A DNA stretch of 63,707 nucleotides, the filler included, from Octopus bimaculoides (taxonomy: Eukaryota): NCBI RefSeq assembly GCF_001194135.2. It is 5 parts of 5 records of this genome, joined end to end, with 100 filler letters (N's around TTAATTAATTAA, not from the genome) between each part and the next. Parts side by side here need not be neighbours in the genome. Positions count along the whole stretch, not along the records: positions 25,991 to 46,658 come from NC_068984.1; positions 46,759 to 55,502 come from NC_068989.1; 3 more parts are not named here. One strand, 5' to 3'. This document shows positions 39,781 through 52,362 of the stretch, in pieces. Every line of letters begins with the position of its first letter. The first letter of the stretch is position 1. The translations under genes and the position numbers were made by a program. The notes under the pieces were generated by a model, which was not told the origin of the DNA, made no database searches, and was given only the letters and a program-made list of their open reading frames with translations.

Positions 39781-40699
39781 CCACAACAGTATTTGCTTTC
39801 ACACTTCATCAAATACTTTTATTTTTTAACCCCCTCCAACCCCCTGCTTACTTCATAATGATATTATGCGTTGATTATAGTGTTGATGTGTAATGGGAAT
39901 ATAACGCTTCGATGACCTCGTCATTATTCCAATATTTTCTTTGAAATTATTTTCACTTCGGGCATAACAGTAAGATATTTCAATTTTTTACGTTACACTG
40001 CGTTTGCATCGAGATCGCAAAAAATCTTACAATCAAAACTCCATGTTAATCCTGACTACGCTGGTTGTGAATTTTGTGGATGACTGTTTTATCTAAAAGC
40101 AGAATCGATTTTGCTTGAAAGCCCCCACCCAAATTTGATCCAAGTAGCAGAAGAATAATCACTTCATCTATGTGACGCTACCTACGTACAATGATGGGAA
40201 GCGATTCACTGAGGGAAAGGATCGGCAGAATATGAAGAATAAAGTAGGAAGAACATAGAAAGTGGACCATACCCTACAAGACGACAGGATGACCATCAGA
40301 TTGATTCTATAGCTGTCGGTAACTAACAAAGATAAAGAGGTATTGTATGAAACCCATATTCATTAAAACAGACGCTATCTTTTGGTATGGCCGACGAAAA
40401 AAGAGGAAAGAAAGTTTAAGGGGAATTATGTCTATTCATATTTTCAATATGGTGGGTAGAAAAGTGACATGCTCACACAACCCATACGCGAATCTTCCAC
40501 GAAACCTTAGTTACAATTTATGTTCCTAAAACTAGCGTAATGAAAACTAAGTTATCGTTCTAAATTCCTTGTTATATTTAAAATTAATAGAAGGGAACAC
40601 AGGGCATCTCAACAGAAATGTAGTAACAAAAGGTTTAAATTATAACTTGTATTAGTTGATATATAGTTTCATATAATTCTACATTTATCACCAGTGAAG

Positions 40700-41020
40700 G
40701 AAGGCGGCTTTGTGTTTAAGGTCTTCTACTGAAGATCGTAAGGTCATCAGTTCGATTCCCGGTGGCGAGATGTGTTCTTGAGTAAGACACTTTATTTCAT
40801 GTTGCTTGGAGCCACTCAGTTGACAAAAATGAGTTAGATCTGTGTATCAAAATGCCAGCCTTGTCCATATTCTGTGTCACATTGAATCTCCTCGAGAACA
40901 ATGTTAGATATATGCGTATGTGTGTTGTGTATTCAGCCATTTGCCCGTTACTTTCACGGGCAGCCTGTTCTGTTGATCGCACCAACTGGAAGTCTCGTCG
41001 TCATGACCGACGGTGGGTCA
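40700..41020 (+). mobile_element. SINE family B
   Basis: gatcgtaaggtcatcagttcgattcccgg...tgtgttcttgagtaagacact...ctcgtcgtcatgaccgacgg, homologous to 5870-6160. Confidence 0.8.
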
Positions 41021-43305
41021 GTTAAGTTAGATTTATCATATTTTTAAAATCATTCTAAATCTGGAATATGTTCATGTCTATCTTTTCATATTTAGGACTC
41101 TATGACGTGTCCGTCCCTTAATATTTTTGTAGATTACATACTGTAACACTTTGATTAGAGCAATTTATTTTTGTTTGCGTAGTTGTACTTCTTTTTAAAA
41201 GAAGGCATCTTTTCCAAGTAAAGATATCACCACATGATTTCGATTTTTTCATATAAAGCAAACAAGAAAATAATTTATGCTTATATTGAAACTGTCGAAG
41301 ATAACTTAGTTTGCCATATATAAATATATTACTTGTCTTCTGAGAATTTCTGTCAATACTAATCACAGTATGTCTTAGAACATGACATAATGACATAAGT
41401 ATTGTAATTTTGTTGACTGGCGATAAATCAACCGTGAGTAGAATAAAAGATATGAGACTATATTTTTTTAAGATGAATATATGTTTAGACAACCTATATA
41501 CATAATTTAAACAAAATGTGGTAAATATACCTGAATATAGCTATGTTGTTAAAAGCACCCGACTGGCCACACTAAGATACATCTCTAAACTCATTAATTC
41601 TTAAATTATGCAAATTAGCTAAGCCATAATTGTGGTCTACTCTTTGTTATATATGTGTAATTCATTTTGTGACTGTAGGTAAGGCATGATAGTTTGTGCT
41701 GATGATCGATACTGGGGTAGAAGTACGTGTTCATGTCTGTCGCTTTATCTAGAGAGCTTAATCTTGTCTTTTATCTTAAAAGCATGACAACTTCGGAAAT
41801 GCTTTTTTTCTTTTTCCTTGAGATTATCTCCCCTCCTTATATGGGTCTGATTTCAACTATCACATGATAATTGTGACTCATAATCTACAAGCTGAAATAA
41901 AGTTAATAGATCATGAGTTTACCTTGTTAGGTATTTGATATACCTTTTGTTTATGTTATTCTTATAAATGTCCTCATTTATTTTCCCTGCGCCATTTTTG
42001 TGCGTCTGTCAGTTCAGATGAATTAATTCAGAAAAAAGGGAGTTAGGTATAACTAACGAAAGAATATTGGGAAAAACAATTTTGAGATTAAAAACAGTTT
42101 CCACATCATAGTTATCATGCAATAGTGTACAAGTACAAGAACACTTAGTATCTAATGTAATGGTACATTTTAAACCTGTTTTAATTGTAGAACGTAAACC
42201 GGGAATTAGGTAACTATTTCGCTACCGTGGCCTGTAGATTACGGATTTCTTTAATAATTTTACAAGTGTTCATTATACGTAGAATCATACGAATCCCACA
42301 AACATTTGTATAAAGTCAAATTTGATGTGTTGACAGATATTACACACGATTTTTTGAATCCCATTAAAATTCGAACTTCTTGAAACCTCACTGGTATGTC
42401 TGGTATGTCGTAAGTTTGTGCAAGACGAAAGCACAACATTAGTCTTCCAATTTCCTCTTTGTGAGTTGCAGTATAAAATACACAGACCAAGCAATAGTTT
42501 CCACTCTCCCGCGCAGTTACATTATTTCTGGAGTATTCTCAGCTGCTAGGACGTGGCTAACTTTGTCATCATAGCATGTATTTGTCTTCATCTTGTAATA
42601 AAAACAAGGAAAGAGAAGCTAAAGATAGTAATTCTCGAGAGTGAGGCAAGATTCGTCATATACTGACAGATTTGTATATTATTATCGAACTGATAATCAT
42701 AAATACTCTTATTTATGTATTATTTTTTTGTGTATATAAATGGTTTTCGTAACATTCTGTTGAAGCACACTCTGATTGTTTTACATTGCAGTCATTCGTT
42801 AAAACATAAATTGTCTTCCTGAAACATATCTAGCTGAATGGATTTATGTAGTACTAATATATGATGTTGTTGTTTGAATTTCATTGACTCATTTCTTTAT
42901 ATTCTGATCGTGACGAAGTAAATAAAGTCGTTAAAATTATTGAATTATTCAATACTGAATCACATCGACTGATATCTATTCAATCAAGTATAGAGTGTTA
43001 CATGAAAAATAAACCTCGGATTAAGAAGAATTTCAGAACAATATGTTAAATGGATGCGACGGTGAAACAAACGTTTTTTGGTTAAATCGACATTCTGACA
43101 AAACTAAAAGTTATACTATGTAAAGATATACCCAAATTGGCCAGAAAACGACAGAGAATACACGGTAACAATGTTTAATCTGTTAAGATATTCTTCATTT
43201 GTTTCCTATTTTCAACATTACACATGTTTGTTAAACGAAACATCTGCTAGCTTGTATTAGAATAATATGTGTAGATCATAAAAATAGCTCATATATATAT
43301 AAAAT

Positions 43306-43475
43306 GCACATTATTTATATCATTTATATTTGACAGATATTTGTCCTCATCTTGCTTGTTGTTAACACAACGTTTCGGCTGATATACCCTCCAGCCTTCA
43401 TCAGGTGTCTTGGAGAAATTTCGAACCTGGGTTCTTATTCCTCAGGTATTTTTCAATGCTGTTGTTGTTCTTATT
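43306..43475 (-). mobile_element. Hammerhead-SINE family copy (headless, inverted)
   Basis: Reverse-complement homology to 43778-43900 and to 29803-29955. Confidence 0.9.
43364..43409 (-). ncRNA. Minimal type I hammerhead ribozyme motif, intact
   Basis: The minus strand reads GACAC-CUGAUGA-A-GGCUG(GAGGGUAUAU)CAGCC-GAA-ACGU-U-GUGUU. It has the conserved core, a 5-bp stem I, a 5-bp stem II, a palindromic ACGU stem III and a predicted GUU cleavage triplet. Confidence 0.75.
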
Positions 43476-43504
43476 ATTATGATTGTTGTTATTATTATTA
43501 TTAC

Positions 43505-43561
<57 letters not shown>

Positions 43562-43644
43562 TATAATTATCATTATAATTATTATTATTATTGTTGTTGT
43601 TGCTGTTGTTGTTGCTGTTGTTGTTATTGCTATTATAATGCTCA

Positions 43645-43717
43645 GGGCCATATGGCGTAGTTGTTAAAACTGCGGGCTACTATCGCCAAGATTGCGAGTT
43701 CGATTCCAGGCAGTGAT

Positions 43718-43781
<64 letters not shown>

Positions 43782-43929
43782 TCGAAAAATACCTTAGGAA
43801 TGAGAACCCAGGTTCAAAATTTCCCATAAACACCCGAAACGTTGTGTTAACAGCAAACAAGATGAGGGCAAATATCCGTCAAATGCAAGTAACGTACTGA
43901 ATTCCTCATCTCTTAAATATAGACCTGTA
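43645..43929 (+). mobile_element. Full-length hammerhead-SINE family copy with a tRNA-like head; ribozyme core deleted
   Basis: A-box-like TGGCGTAGTTG (43653) and B-box GAGTTCGATTCC (43696), then (AAT)n at 43721-43778 and the family body, ending cttaaatatagacctgta. Confidence 0.8.
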
Positions 43930-44508
43930 TATATAAAATCGTCTTACCATATTTGCTACTGAGAGATTCAATAGAACTGATAAATATGCAAGGCAAAATA
44001 AGAAGTACAATTAAGGAAACTAAAATATGAAAAATATTTCATTACATATGCACACAAACTCCGACATATTTATCAATATATACATTAGTTCACATTTTTT
44101 TGTGCAGCTCTTTGCTATTATCTATAATTAATTTCCGTCTATATGTAACGGTGTATATGTGCGTCTGTTTAGGGGCGTATCTATGCACATGCGATATATA
44201 TGAGTCTGTGCAGGGGCGTATATATACACATGCAATATATGTCAGGCAAACGTACTTTAAAAAAAAAGTAGAATTTTAAATGTGAAATTGATAAATCGTC
44301 TATATTTTCGTATTACAAATAACGGTTCTAATATATATAGGATATCTGTGACATTTCAAATTATAAAGATTATTCATATTGCAGAAGACTATATGTAGTC
44401 TGTGTGGGGGTGTACTTTACGTATAACGGTAAATGCATAAAACAAAGTTATACACACTCAAATAGGAATAATATTACTTCGGCACATATACAATCGAGGG
44501 CAATTTTA

Positions 44509-44708
44509 AGGCGGTGAGCTGGCAGAATCGTTAGCACGCCGGGCGAAATTCTTAGCGGTATTTCGTCTGTCGTTACGTTCTGAGTTCAAATTCCGTCGAC
44601 GTCGACTTTGCCTTTCATCCTTTCGGAGTCGATAAATTAAGTACCAGTTGAGTACTGAGGTACCGGGGTGGATTTAATTGGACCTTGTGCTTAGAGTAGA
44701 AAAGAATG
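44509..44708 (+). mobile_element. SINE family A, well preserved, with TSD
   Basis: ggcggtgagctggcagaatcgttagcacgccgggcg...gagttcaaattcc...gagtagaaaagaa, flanked by agggcaattt at 44497-44506 and 44710-44719. Confidence 0.92.
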
Positions 44709-45558
44709 AAGGGCAATTTCAGAAACGATGGAAAAATGAGCAACAAAAAAAAACAGTTTTTAGCTATATGTGTACATGTAAACTAAGGACACAAGCAAAT
44801 ATTTTAAACACTCTAGATTTATGCGGAATATATCGCATACGTGAGTTGTGTGTAATATTTTCCTCAGTAATTTGACGTAATAGACATCTACCAATTTATG
44901 TGGTATGATATTTCTCCTGAGAAAAGGCTACTCTGGAATAAATATTAGATATTTCTGTTATTGAACACATATATCTTTTCAAAAAGATGAATATGTATAG
45001 AAGAATTCCATTAAAGTTTTAACATGATGCACACATCAAAGCGTAATAAAGACAATTTGGAGAGAGCAGTAAATTTATACATTAGGGAGATCAGCAACCA
45101 AAAAAGGTGTGATATGTGGTTCAACAACAGTAATAAAGAGAATATTTATGGACAAAGCGTCGAGACATACATCTTGTCTACCTGGTTTATATATTCACGT
45201 TTGTCACCTCAGATAATAATATACATCGCCATCTTGCTAAATTTAGAAATAGAAATCTGGAATTAATGCAAAGGGCGTGAGTGGCGTAAGCACTCTTTTC
45301 AAATAAAATCTATAAGCGAACATGTAATGTTTCGAATATGATACATAAAATCTTTCACTGTTGCTCTTATATATATTTCAGTATTGTTATATACGATTCA
45401 ATCTGAGAAACTGTTTCCTTCTATACAGGAAAACCAATATATTTAAAAACGGAAGAAGAAGCATACATACAGAAGCGCAAAACATAGGAAGTTAGAAATA
45501 ATACCACATAGCTGAACACGTTCATTGAGGTTGGCATCAAAATCAAATGCTCAGTTGA

Positions 45559-45625
<67 letters not shown>

Positions 45626-45759
45626 TGTCTGTTGGTAACATCAGAAATTATAAACTTTCGAGAGAACGTGGAATAAATTTAGTTTGGAATTGGGTTTCTA
45701 GATAAAGATAACACTTTTAACAATCGCGTGCAATTATGCTCTTCAAATGTCGAAGGATT

Positions 45760-45817
45760 CCTGTGGGATTAGAACCCACAGGTCCTGCAGGCATGGCGGG
45801 CGTTCCATTAATATACC
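45760..45817 (-). other. tRNA-like relic (T-arm hairpin and A-box-like motif)
   Basis: The minus strand reads tggtatattaatgg...cctgtggg-ttctaat-cccacagg. No complete cloverleaf is present. Confidence 0.35.
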
Positions 45818-46508
45818 AAAACAATACTTTGAATAACTGCATTCATTATAGAAATTCTATTACTCCCAACGAGAATTGTAACTTCTAATAATTAAGGATA
45901 ATAACCTCAAAACTGTCAAATGTTTAGTATTTAGCATTAACAATGTTGAAGGCTGCTCCTTTCGCAAAATAAAGGGAGAATGCTCATACATAAAGAGAGG
46001 ACGAAATAATAAAGGATGAAATCACTCGCTGTCTATTAGCAATCGAATTACAAACATTTCTGAACGCATCTACCACCTATACGTATATGTATGAATTTTA
46101 GTAGACATAATCCGTACAAGAACACGACAGCTTGTCATAATTTTAATGAAAATATCAACTATATTGGAGTCACCCTGTTGAAGTCAAAAGATATAGTTGT
46201 GTTAAAAAGAGCAGTGTTTCATTTCACCGACTAATGTAACCATAACAACAAATGTTAAAAAAACACAAAACAGGTTTGAAATATAGTCTATTTGACACAC
46301 AGAATTACGGTGTCTAAATAAGACATGCGACAAAGAATTTAAGCATAATCATGTAGTAAATACATCTTGTATTATGCAAGCAATTTGAGATTCAGGACAT
46401 CTGATGAAACATTTTCTTATCAGTATTACAAATTACATTATGATAACATCAGTATTCAGGATAAAAAATATATATATAGATAGATAGATAGAGAGACAGA
46501 TTGACAGT

Positions 46509-46554
<46 letters not shown>

Positions 46555-46844
46555 CATTTCTTTTATTAGCCACACAGGGCTCAACGAAAATGGGACAAAT
46601 ACAATGTAGAGCTTTTCTTTTTGGGAGGGGGAAGGAAGGAAGGGGAAAAAAATGGTGGNNNNNNNNNNNNNNNNNNNNNNNNNNNNNNNNNNNNNNNNNN
46701 NNTTAATTAATTAANNNNNNNNNNNNNNNNNNNNNNNNNNNNNNNNNNNNNNNNNNNNATGATAGCTCTCGTTATTGAAGTATTAATGATAATATAAAGA
46801 GTAGTTTGTGGTAATAATTATTGTTATTATAGTTTTTATATAAC

Positions 46845-46969
46845 TAATGTGCATGGTGATGATGATGATGATGATGCTGGTGATAATGACAATGATGTTG
46901 GCGATGGTGGCAGTGGTAGTGGTGGTGCTGATTATAATAACGATGGTGGTGATGAAGATAATGATGATG

Positions 46970-47031
<62 letters not shown>

Positions 47032-47099
47032 GATGATGATGATGATGATGATTATGACGACGATGATAATGACGACAGTGGTGATGAAGGTGTTGTTGT

Positions 47100-47134
<35 letters not shown>

Positions 47135-47232
47135 CTGTTGATGATAACGTTAGTGATGACGACGACGATGATGATGCTGATGACAATGATGACAATAATG
47201 ATGCTTCGGTGGTAACGGCGGTGATGATGATA

Positions 47233-47278
<46 letters not shown>

Positions 47279-47443
47279 CAATAGTGAAGGTGATTATAAT
47301 GATGTGTGCGATGGTTCTATGATGACGATGATGACGATGATGATAATGAAAGTGATGATGGTGTTGATCGTGTTGGTGATGAGGATGATGATGATGATGA
47401 GAAAATACAATGCAACAGCAACAACAACACCACTACTACTACC

Positions 47444-47475
<32 letters not shown>

Positions 47476-48160
47476 AAACAACACTTCTATTACCACCACC
47501 ACCAACATCACTACTACTACCACCACCACCAACATCACGACTACTACTACTACTACTACTACTATATGGCGGTAATGGTGGTAGTGGTTTGTGATGGTGG
47601 TGAGGTGTTGTTGGTGTTGATGATAGAAGTGTTGTTGTTGTTGTTATTGGTAGTGGTGTTTGTGGCGGAAGTGATGATGGTGAGGTGGCTGTGTTGGTGA
47701 TGTCTCACTGCGTATGGGAGAATGTAGAATGCTCTTCAGTTTATGATGCTGAAAGGGATTCAGGTCATAGTTGTGAAAAGTGATAACCATAATGGCAACG
47801 ATGGTGGTGGTAGTGGTGGTAGTGATAGTAGTGGGGGTGGTGGTAGTAGTGTTAGTGTTGTTGTTGCTGGTGGTAGTAGTGGTGGTGGTGGTAGTGGTGG
47901 TGGTGGTAGTGGTGGTGGTGGTAGTGGTGGTGGTGGTAGTGGTGGTGATGGTAGTGGTGGTGGTGGTGCTAGTGGTAGTAGTGATAGTAGTGGTAGTGGA
48001 GGTAGTAGTACTAGTGTTGTTGTTGGTAGTGGTAGTAGTGGTGGTGGTGGTAGTGGTGGCGGCGGTAGTGGTGGTGGTAGTAACAGTGATAGTATAGGTA
48101 GTGGTAGTGGTGATGTTAATGATGCTGATTTTGATGATTGTGATAATGTCTATCTTGTTA
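46845..48160. repeat. Compound trinucleotide microsatellite mosaic (GAT/GGT/AGT/GTT/AAC/ACC)
   Basis: Continuous low-complexity triplet runs that explain the poly-D, M, V and G/S ORFs. Confidence 0.95.
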
Positions 48161-48329
48161 AACGTCTGGTTGTTGGTCCTCAGATCGCTGTCTAGGCCCA
48201 GATGAAGTTTGACCTGTCGACCCTATGATGCACTCGGCCTTATCTCGATGCATTCCGATACTATGACACATTCGGCCAAATGATGAGATGACACTCACTG
48301 AACCGATGTTCTTATTTCGTTATACCATA

Positions 48330-48545
48330 AAGGCGGAGAGCTGGCAGAACCGTTATCACGCCGGGTGAAATACTTAGCGGCATTTCATCCCTCCTTACGA
48401 TCTGAGTTCAAATTCCGCCGAGGTCGACTTTGCCCTTTCATCCTTTGGGGGCTGATAAATTAACTACTAGTGAAACACTGGGTTCGATGTAATCGACTAG
48501 TCCCTCCTTCAAAATTTCAGGCCTTGTGCCTCGAGTAGAAAAGAT
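48330..48545 (+). mobile_element. SINE family A, full length
   Basis: ggcggagagctggcagaaccgtt...gagttcaaattccgccgaggtcgac...ggccttgtgcctcgagtagaaaaga. Confidence 0.9.
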
Positions 48546-48899
48546 TTCGTGACACGATATCTTCATCAGACTGAAGACCATTCTGTATACTCCAATATGC
48601 ACTGAGACCTAGATTTGAGACCCTGTGAGATCTGAGCTTCAGACAATAACGCCTAGCGTTGTCCGCATATAATGAAGGTGGATAAGATGGTTTTGATCAA
48701 GATACATCATTTGATGGTTCCGCTGCACTTATTGGTGGTAATGCACATCACTGCACCGTCTTTAATGCCAGCGAGTTTCTTGATGTTGCAATTATTGCTT
48801 TGCTAATGAGATTTTTATGCTTGATTGGGGTTGGTAAGTAGAGTAAGTGATGTCAGTAGACTGTTCGAAGGCTACATATATTTATTTATTATTTATGCA

Positions 48900-49116
48900 C
48901 CTTTTTCAAGCCTAGCCATGCTCATGGGCCCGGTTTCCCGGTTTCTATGGCGTATGTGTTCTCCCCCAGCTGGACGGGACGCCAGTCCATCACAGCGTCA
49001 CTCAAGAAACAGGAAGAAAGAGTGAGAGAAAGTTGGGGTGAAAGAGTACAAAAGGAGTCGCCACCACCCCCTACTGGAGCCTCTTGGAGCTTTAGGTGTC
49101 TTCGCTCAATAAACAC
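48900..49116 (-). mobile_element. Probable interspersed repeat (SINE-like)
   Basis: A GC-rich block, ccccagctggacgggacgccagtccatc, resembles (from recall) conserved metazoan SINE central domains. There is no second copy in the window. Confidence 0.4.
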
Positions 49117-49580
49117 ANNNNNNNNNNNNNNNNNNNNNNNNNNNNNNNNNNNNNNNNNNNNNNNNNNNNNNNNNNNNNNNNNNNNNNNNNNNNNNNNNNN
49201 NNNNNNNNNNNNNNNNNNNNNNNNNNNNNNNNNNNNNNNNNNNNNNNNNNNNNNNNNNNNNNNNNNNNNNNNNNNNNNNNNNNNNNNNNNNNNNNNNNNN
49301 NNNNNNNNNNNNNNNNNNNNNNNNNNNNNNNNNNNNNNNNNNNNNNNNNNNNNNNNNNNNNNNNNNNNNNNNNNNNNNNNNNNNNNNNNNNNNNNNNNNN
49401 NNNNNNNNNNNNNNNNNNNNNNNNNNNNNNNNNNNNNNNNNNNNNNNNNNNNNNNNNNNNNNNNNNNNNNNNNNNNNNNNNNNNNNNNNNNNNNNNNNNN
49501 NNNNNNNNNNNNNNNNNNNNNNNNNNNNNNNNNNNNNNNNNNNNNNNNNNNNNNNNNNNNNNNNNNNNNNNNNNNNNNNN

Positions 49581-49614
<34 letters not shown>

Positions 49615-49719
49615 GGTGTGTGTGTGTGTTGTGAGCATTTGGGGGTGTTTCTCTTGTAGTATGTAGTATTGATAAGGATTTTGGGGCTCTGAAGGTGGTT
49701 GCAAGAACATGGACTGGAG

Positions 49720-49879
49720 ACCTTATAACGATGTTGACAACGACGACGACGCCGCCGACGGTAATGATGACGTTAAGATGATGGTGATGATGATGATGAT
49801 GATGATGATGATGACAATGACGATGATGACGCCGTTGCTGATAGTAATGATAATGACGATGATAACGATGATGATAATA

Positions 49880-49914
<35 letters not shown>

Positions 49915-50120
49915 AATGATGATGATGATCATGATGATGATGATGATGACGGCACTGAATCGCTAAAAAATTAAATGATGCGAATAGTTTCTTTGGGAGT
50001 AGTAGAAGTAGTGGTAGCAGAAGAGGTGGGGACTGAAGAAGAAGAAGAAGAAGAAGAAGAAGAAGAAGAAGAAGAAGAAGGAAGAGAAGGAGGAGGAGGA
50101 GGGATAGAGGAGAAATAAAA
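49720..50120. repeat. GAT/GAC/GAA trinucleotide tracts
   Basis: Low-complexity triplet runs. Confidence 0.9.
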
Positions 50121-50573
50121 AGAAGGAATACAGAAATGATAGTTGATGAAGGTAGTAACAATAGGAAGTTAAGGAATTGAATGACAACAGAAAACAGCGA
50201 AGAAAGAAACCACTAAAAAGTCAGAGAATAAATGATAAAGAGAGTGAAAACGAAAGTGAAAGTAGAGGAAAATAAGGAAAGGGTGTCGTTGTGTGAGAGA
50301 CATAGATTGTAGAGTAAGAAGGATAAGAGAGAGAGAGAGAGAGAGATGTGATATGGATGCAGATATTTTGGAGATAACATAGAGGAAAAGTGTGTATCCG
50401 AGAGAGAGAGAGAGAGGGAGGGAAAGAGAGAAAGAGGGAGGAGGGAGAGAGACTGTGAAATAGAGACTGCGAGAGTAACACTGAAAGTGAGAAAGAAGAG
50501 GGAGAGAGAGGAAGAGACAGAAAGACGAAATTATAAAGACAAGGCGGGTAAAGACAAAAGGAGAAATTGTGAA

Positions 50574-50651
<78 letters not shown>

Positions 50652-50835
50652 CTCGACTTTTCTCAGAGAGAAAGAGAGAGGCGCAGAGAATGTGCAAGGG
50701 AGAGGAGGAGAAGAGATAAAAGATGAAAAACATAAAGAGAAAGAGAAGGAAGAATGAAAGGTGAAACAATAGAGAAAGAACGAACTGTGGAACTTTATAT
50801 ATAATATATATATATATTTATATACATACATACAT

Positions 50836-50869
<34 letters not shown>

Positions 50870-51099
50870 GCGGGGAGAAAGAGAAAGAGAGAAGGAGAGA
50901 GAGAAAGAGGGAGAGTGAGAGAAAGAGGAGTGGAATGTGTATTTTAAAAGACAAACATTTGGGACATGTCATTTTTTTTGCGTTCATAAAAGTACCAACC
51001 CTGAAGCAGTGTCTTGTATAAAATGATTGTTTTGTTGTCATCTAATTTACAGAAGGACGTCTTTGTTGTTGCTGCTAGTATTGTTGTTCTCACTATAGT

Positions 51100-51502
51100 C
51101 TTCGTCCCTGTTGTTGTTGTTGTTGTTGTTGCTGTTGTTGTTGCTGTCGTGGTGGCGGACATGGGGGTTGTCGGTACTCGCAGTCGCAGTCATTGTGTGT
51201 TTTGTAACACTTGTTTCATTTAACCAAATATTTGCTGTCACTGTGTCTTTGTTTTTGCTTCTGTTGTCGCTGCTACTGCTGCTGCTACTGCTGCTGTTGT
51301 TGCTGTTGTTGTTGTTGTTGCTACTGTTGTTGTTGTTGTTTGTTGCTTATTCCTAATTATCAAGTTAAACGTTTATTTAACGTCAACTTAGCGCGTGCGT
51401 GTGTATACACATGTGTGTACGTGAGAGAGTATGTAGATGTATGCGGATGTAAGTGTGTGTATGGATGTCTATGTGTGTAACTGTGTTTATAAACGACAGA
51501 AA

Positions 51503-51535
<33 letters not shown>

Positions 51536-52010
51536 ATGAGATAGTGTGTGTGTATGGATACGTATGAGCGTGTGCATGTGCGCGCACGCGTGTGTGTGTC
51601 TGTGTGCAGTATGCAACAGAGAAATAAAGTGTGTGTGTGTGTGTGAGGTAGTATATATGTGTATGCATGTATATGTGTGTATGTCTGTATATGCATGTGT
51701 GCGTGAGTAACTGTGTGTGCAGTGTGCTACGGAGAATGCGTGTGTGTACGTGCGTATGTACGTGAGATAGCATGAGTGTGCGTATGCGTGTGTGTGTGTG
51801 TGTGTGTGTATTCCTGGGCATTATGCGACAGAGAAATAAAGTGTGTATACGTGTGTCTGTGTGTCTGTATGTGTCTGTGTGTGTATTTGTGTGTCTGTGT
51901 GTATGTGTGTGTGTCTATATGTGCGTATGCGTGTGTATATATATGCGTGTGTATGTGCCTGTGTCTCTGCATGTATGTATGTATGTATGTATGTGAGAGA
52001 GAAATATGGA
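51100..52010. repeat. GTT/GCT triplet tracts and degenerate (TG)n
   Basis: Low complexity; tatgc(a/g)acagagaaataaagtgtgt occurs twice (~51610 and ~51820). Confidence 0.85.
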
Positions 52011-52362
52011 AGGATGTATGGGAAATACTTAATGAAATATACTTTGTTATATTCAATTAAACAATATAAATAACCCGTTGTTTTTGTTGCTGTAGTTGTT
52101 GTTATTATCATCATTATAATGATGGAGGTTATGGTGGAGGTGGAAGTAAAGGAGTTAGAACAACAGAATAACACAATATTTTGGACTAATCTATCTCTTC
52201 TTGAGTTCGAACCCTGCCTGTCTAAGCTTCTACTTTTGTATACCTTAGAATTCATAACCTATTTACGTTGTAGTCAACGAAACGAAGGACTGGTTGTGTG
52301 GTTATGAAGTCTGTTTTGCAAAGTCATGGCTCCTTGATCAATCCTCTTATAGAGTAGCTTGA

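Noticed and set aside
47743-48195. 150-aa Gly/Ser-rich ORF with GGGGS repeats
   Set aside because: It is derived from GGT/AGT microsatellite. Alternative frames are equally open, and there is no splice or homology support.
48541-48575. Minus-strand ctgatgaagatatcgtgtcacgaaa
   Set aside because: The core words are present, but there is no stem II between them and no stem I or III.
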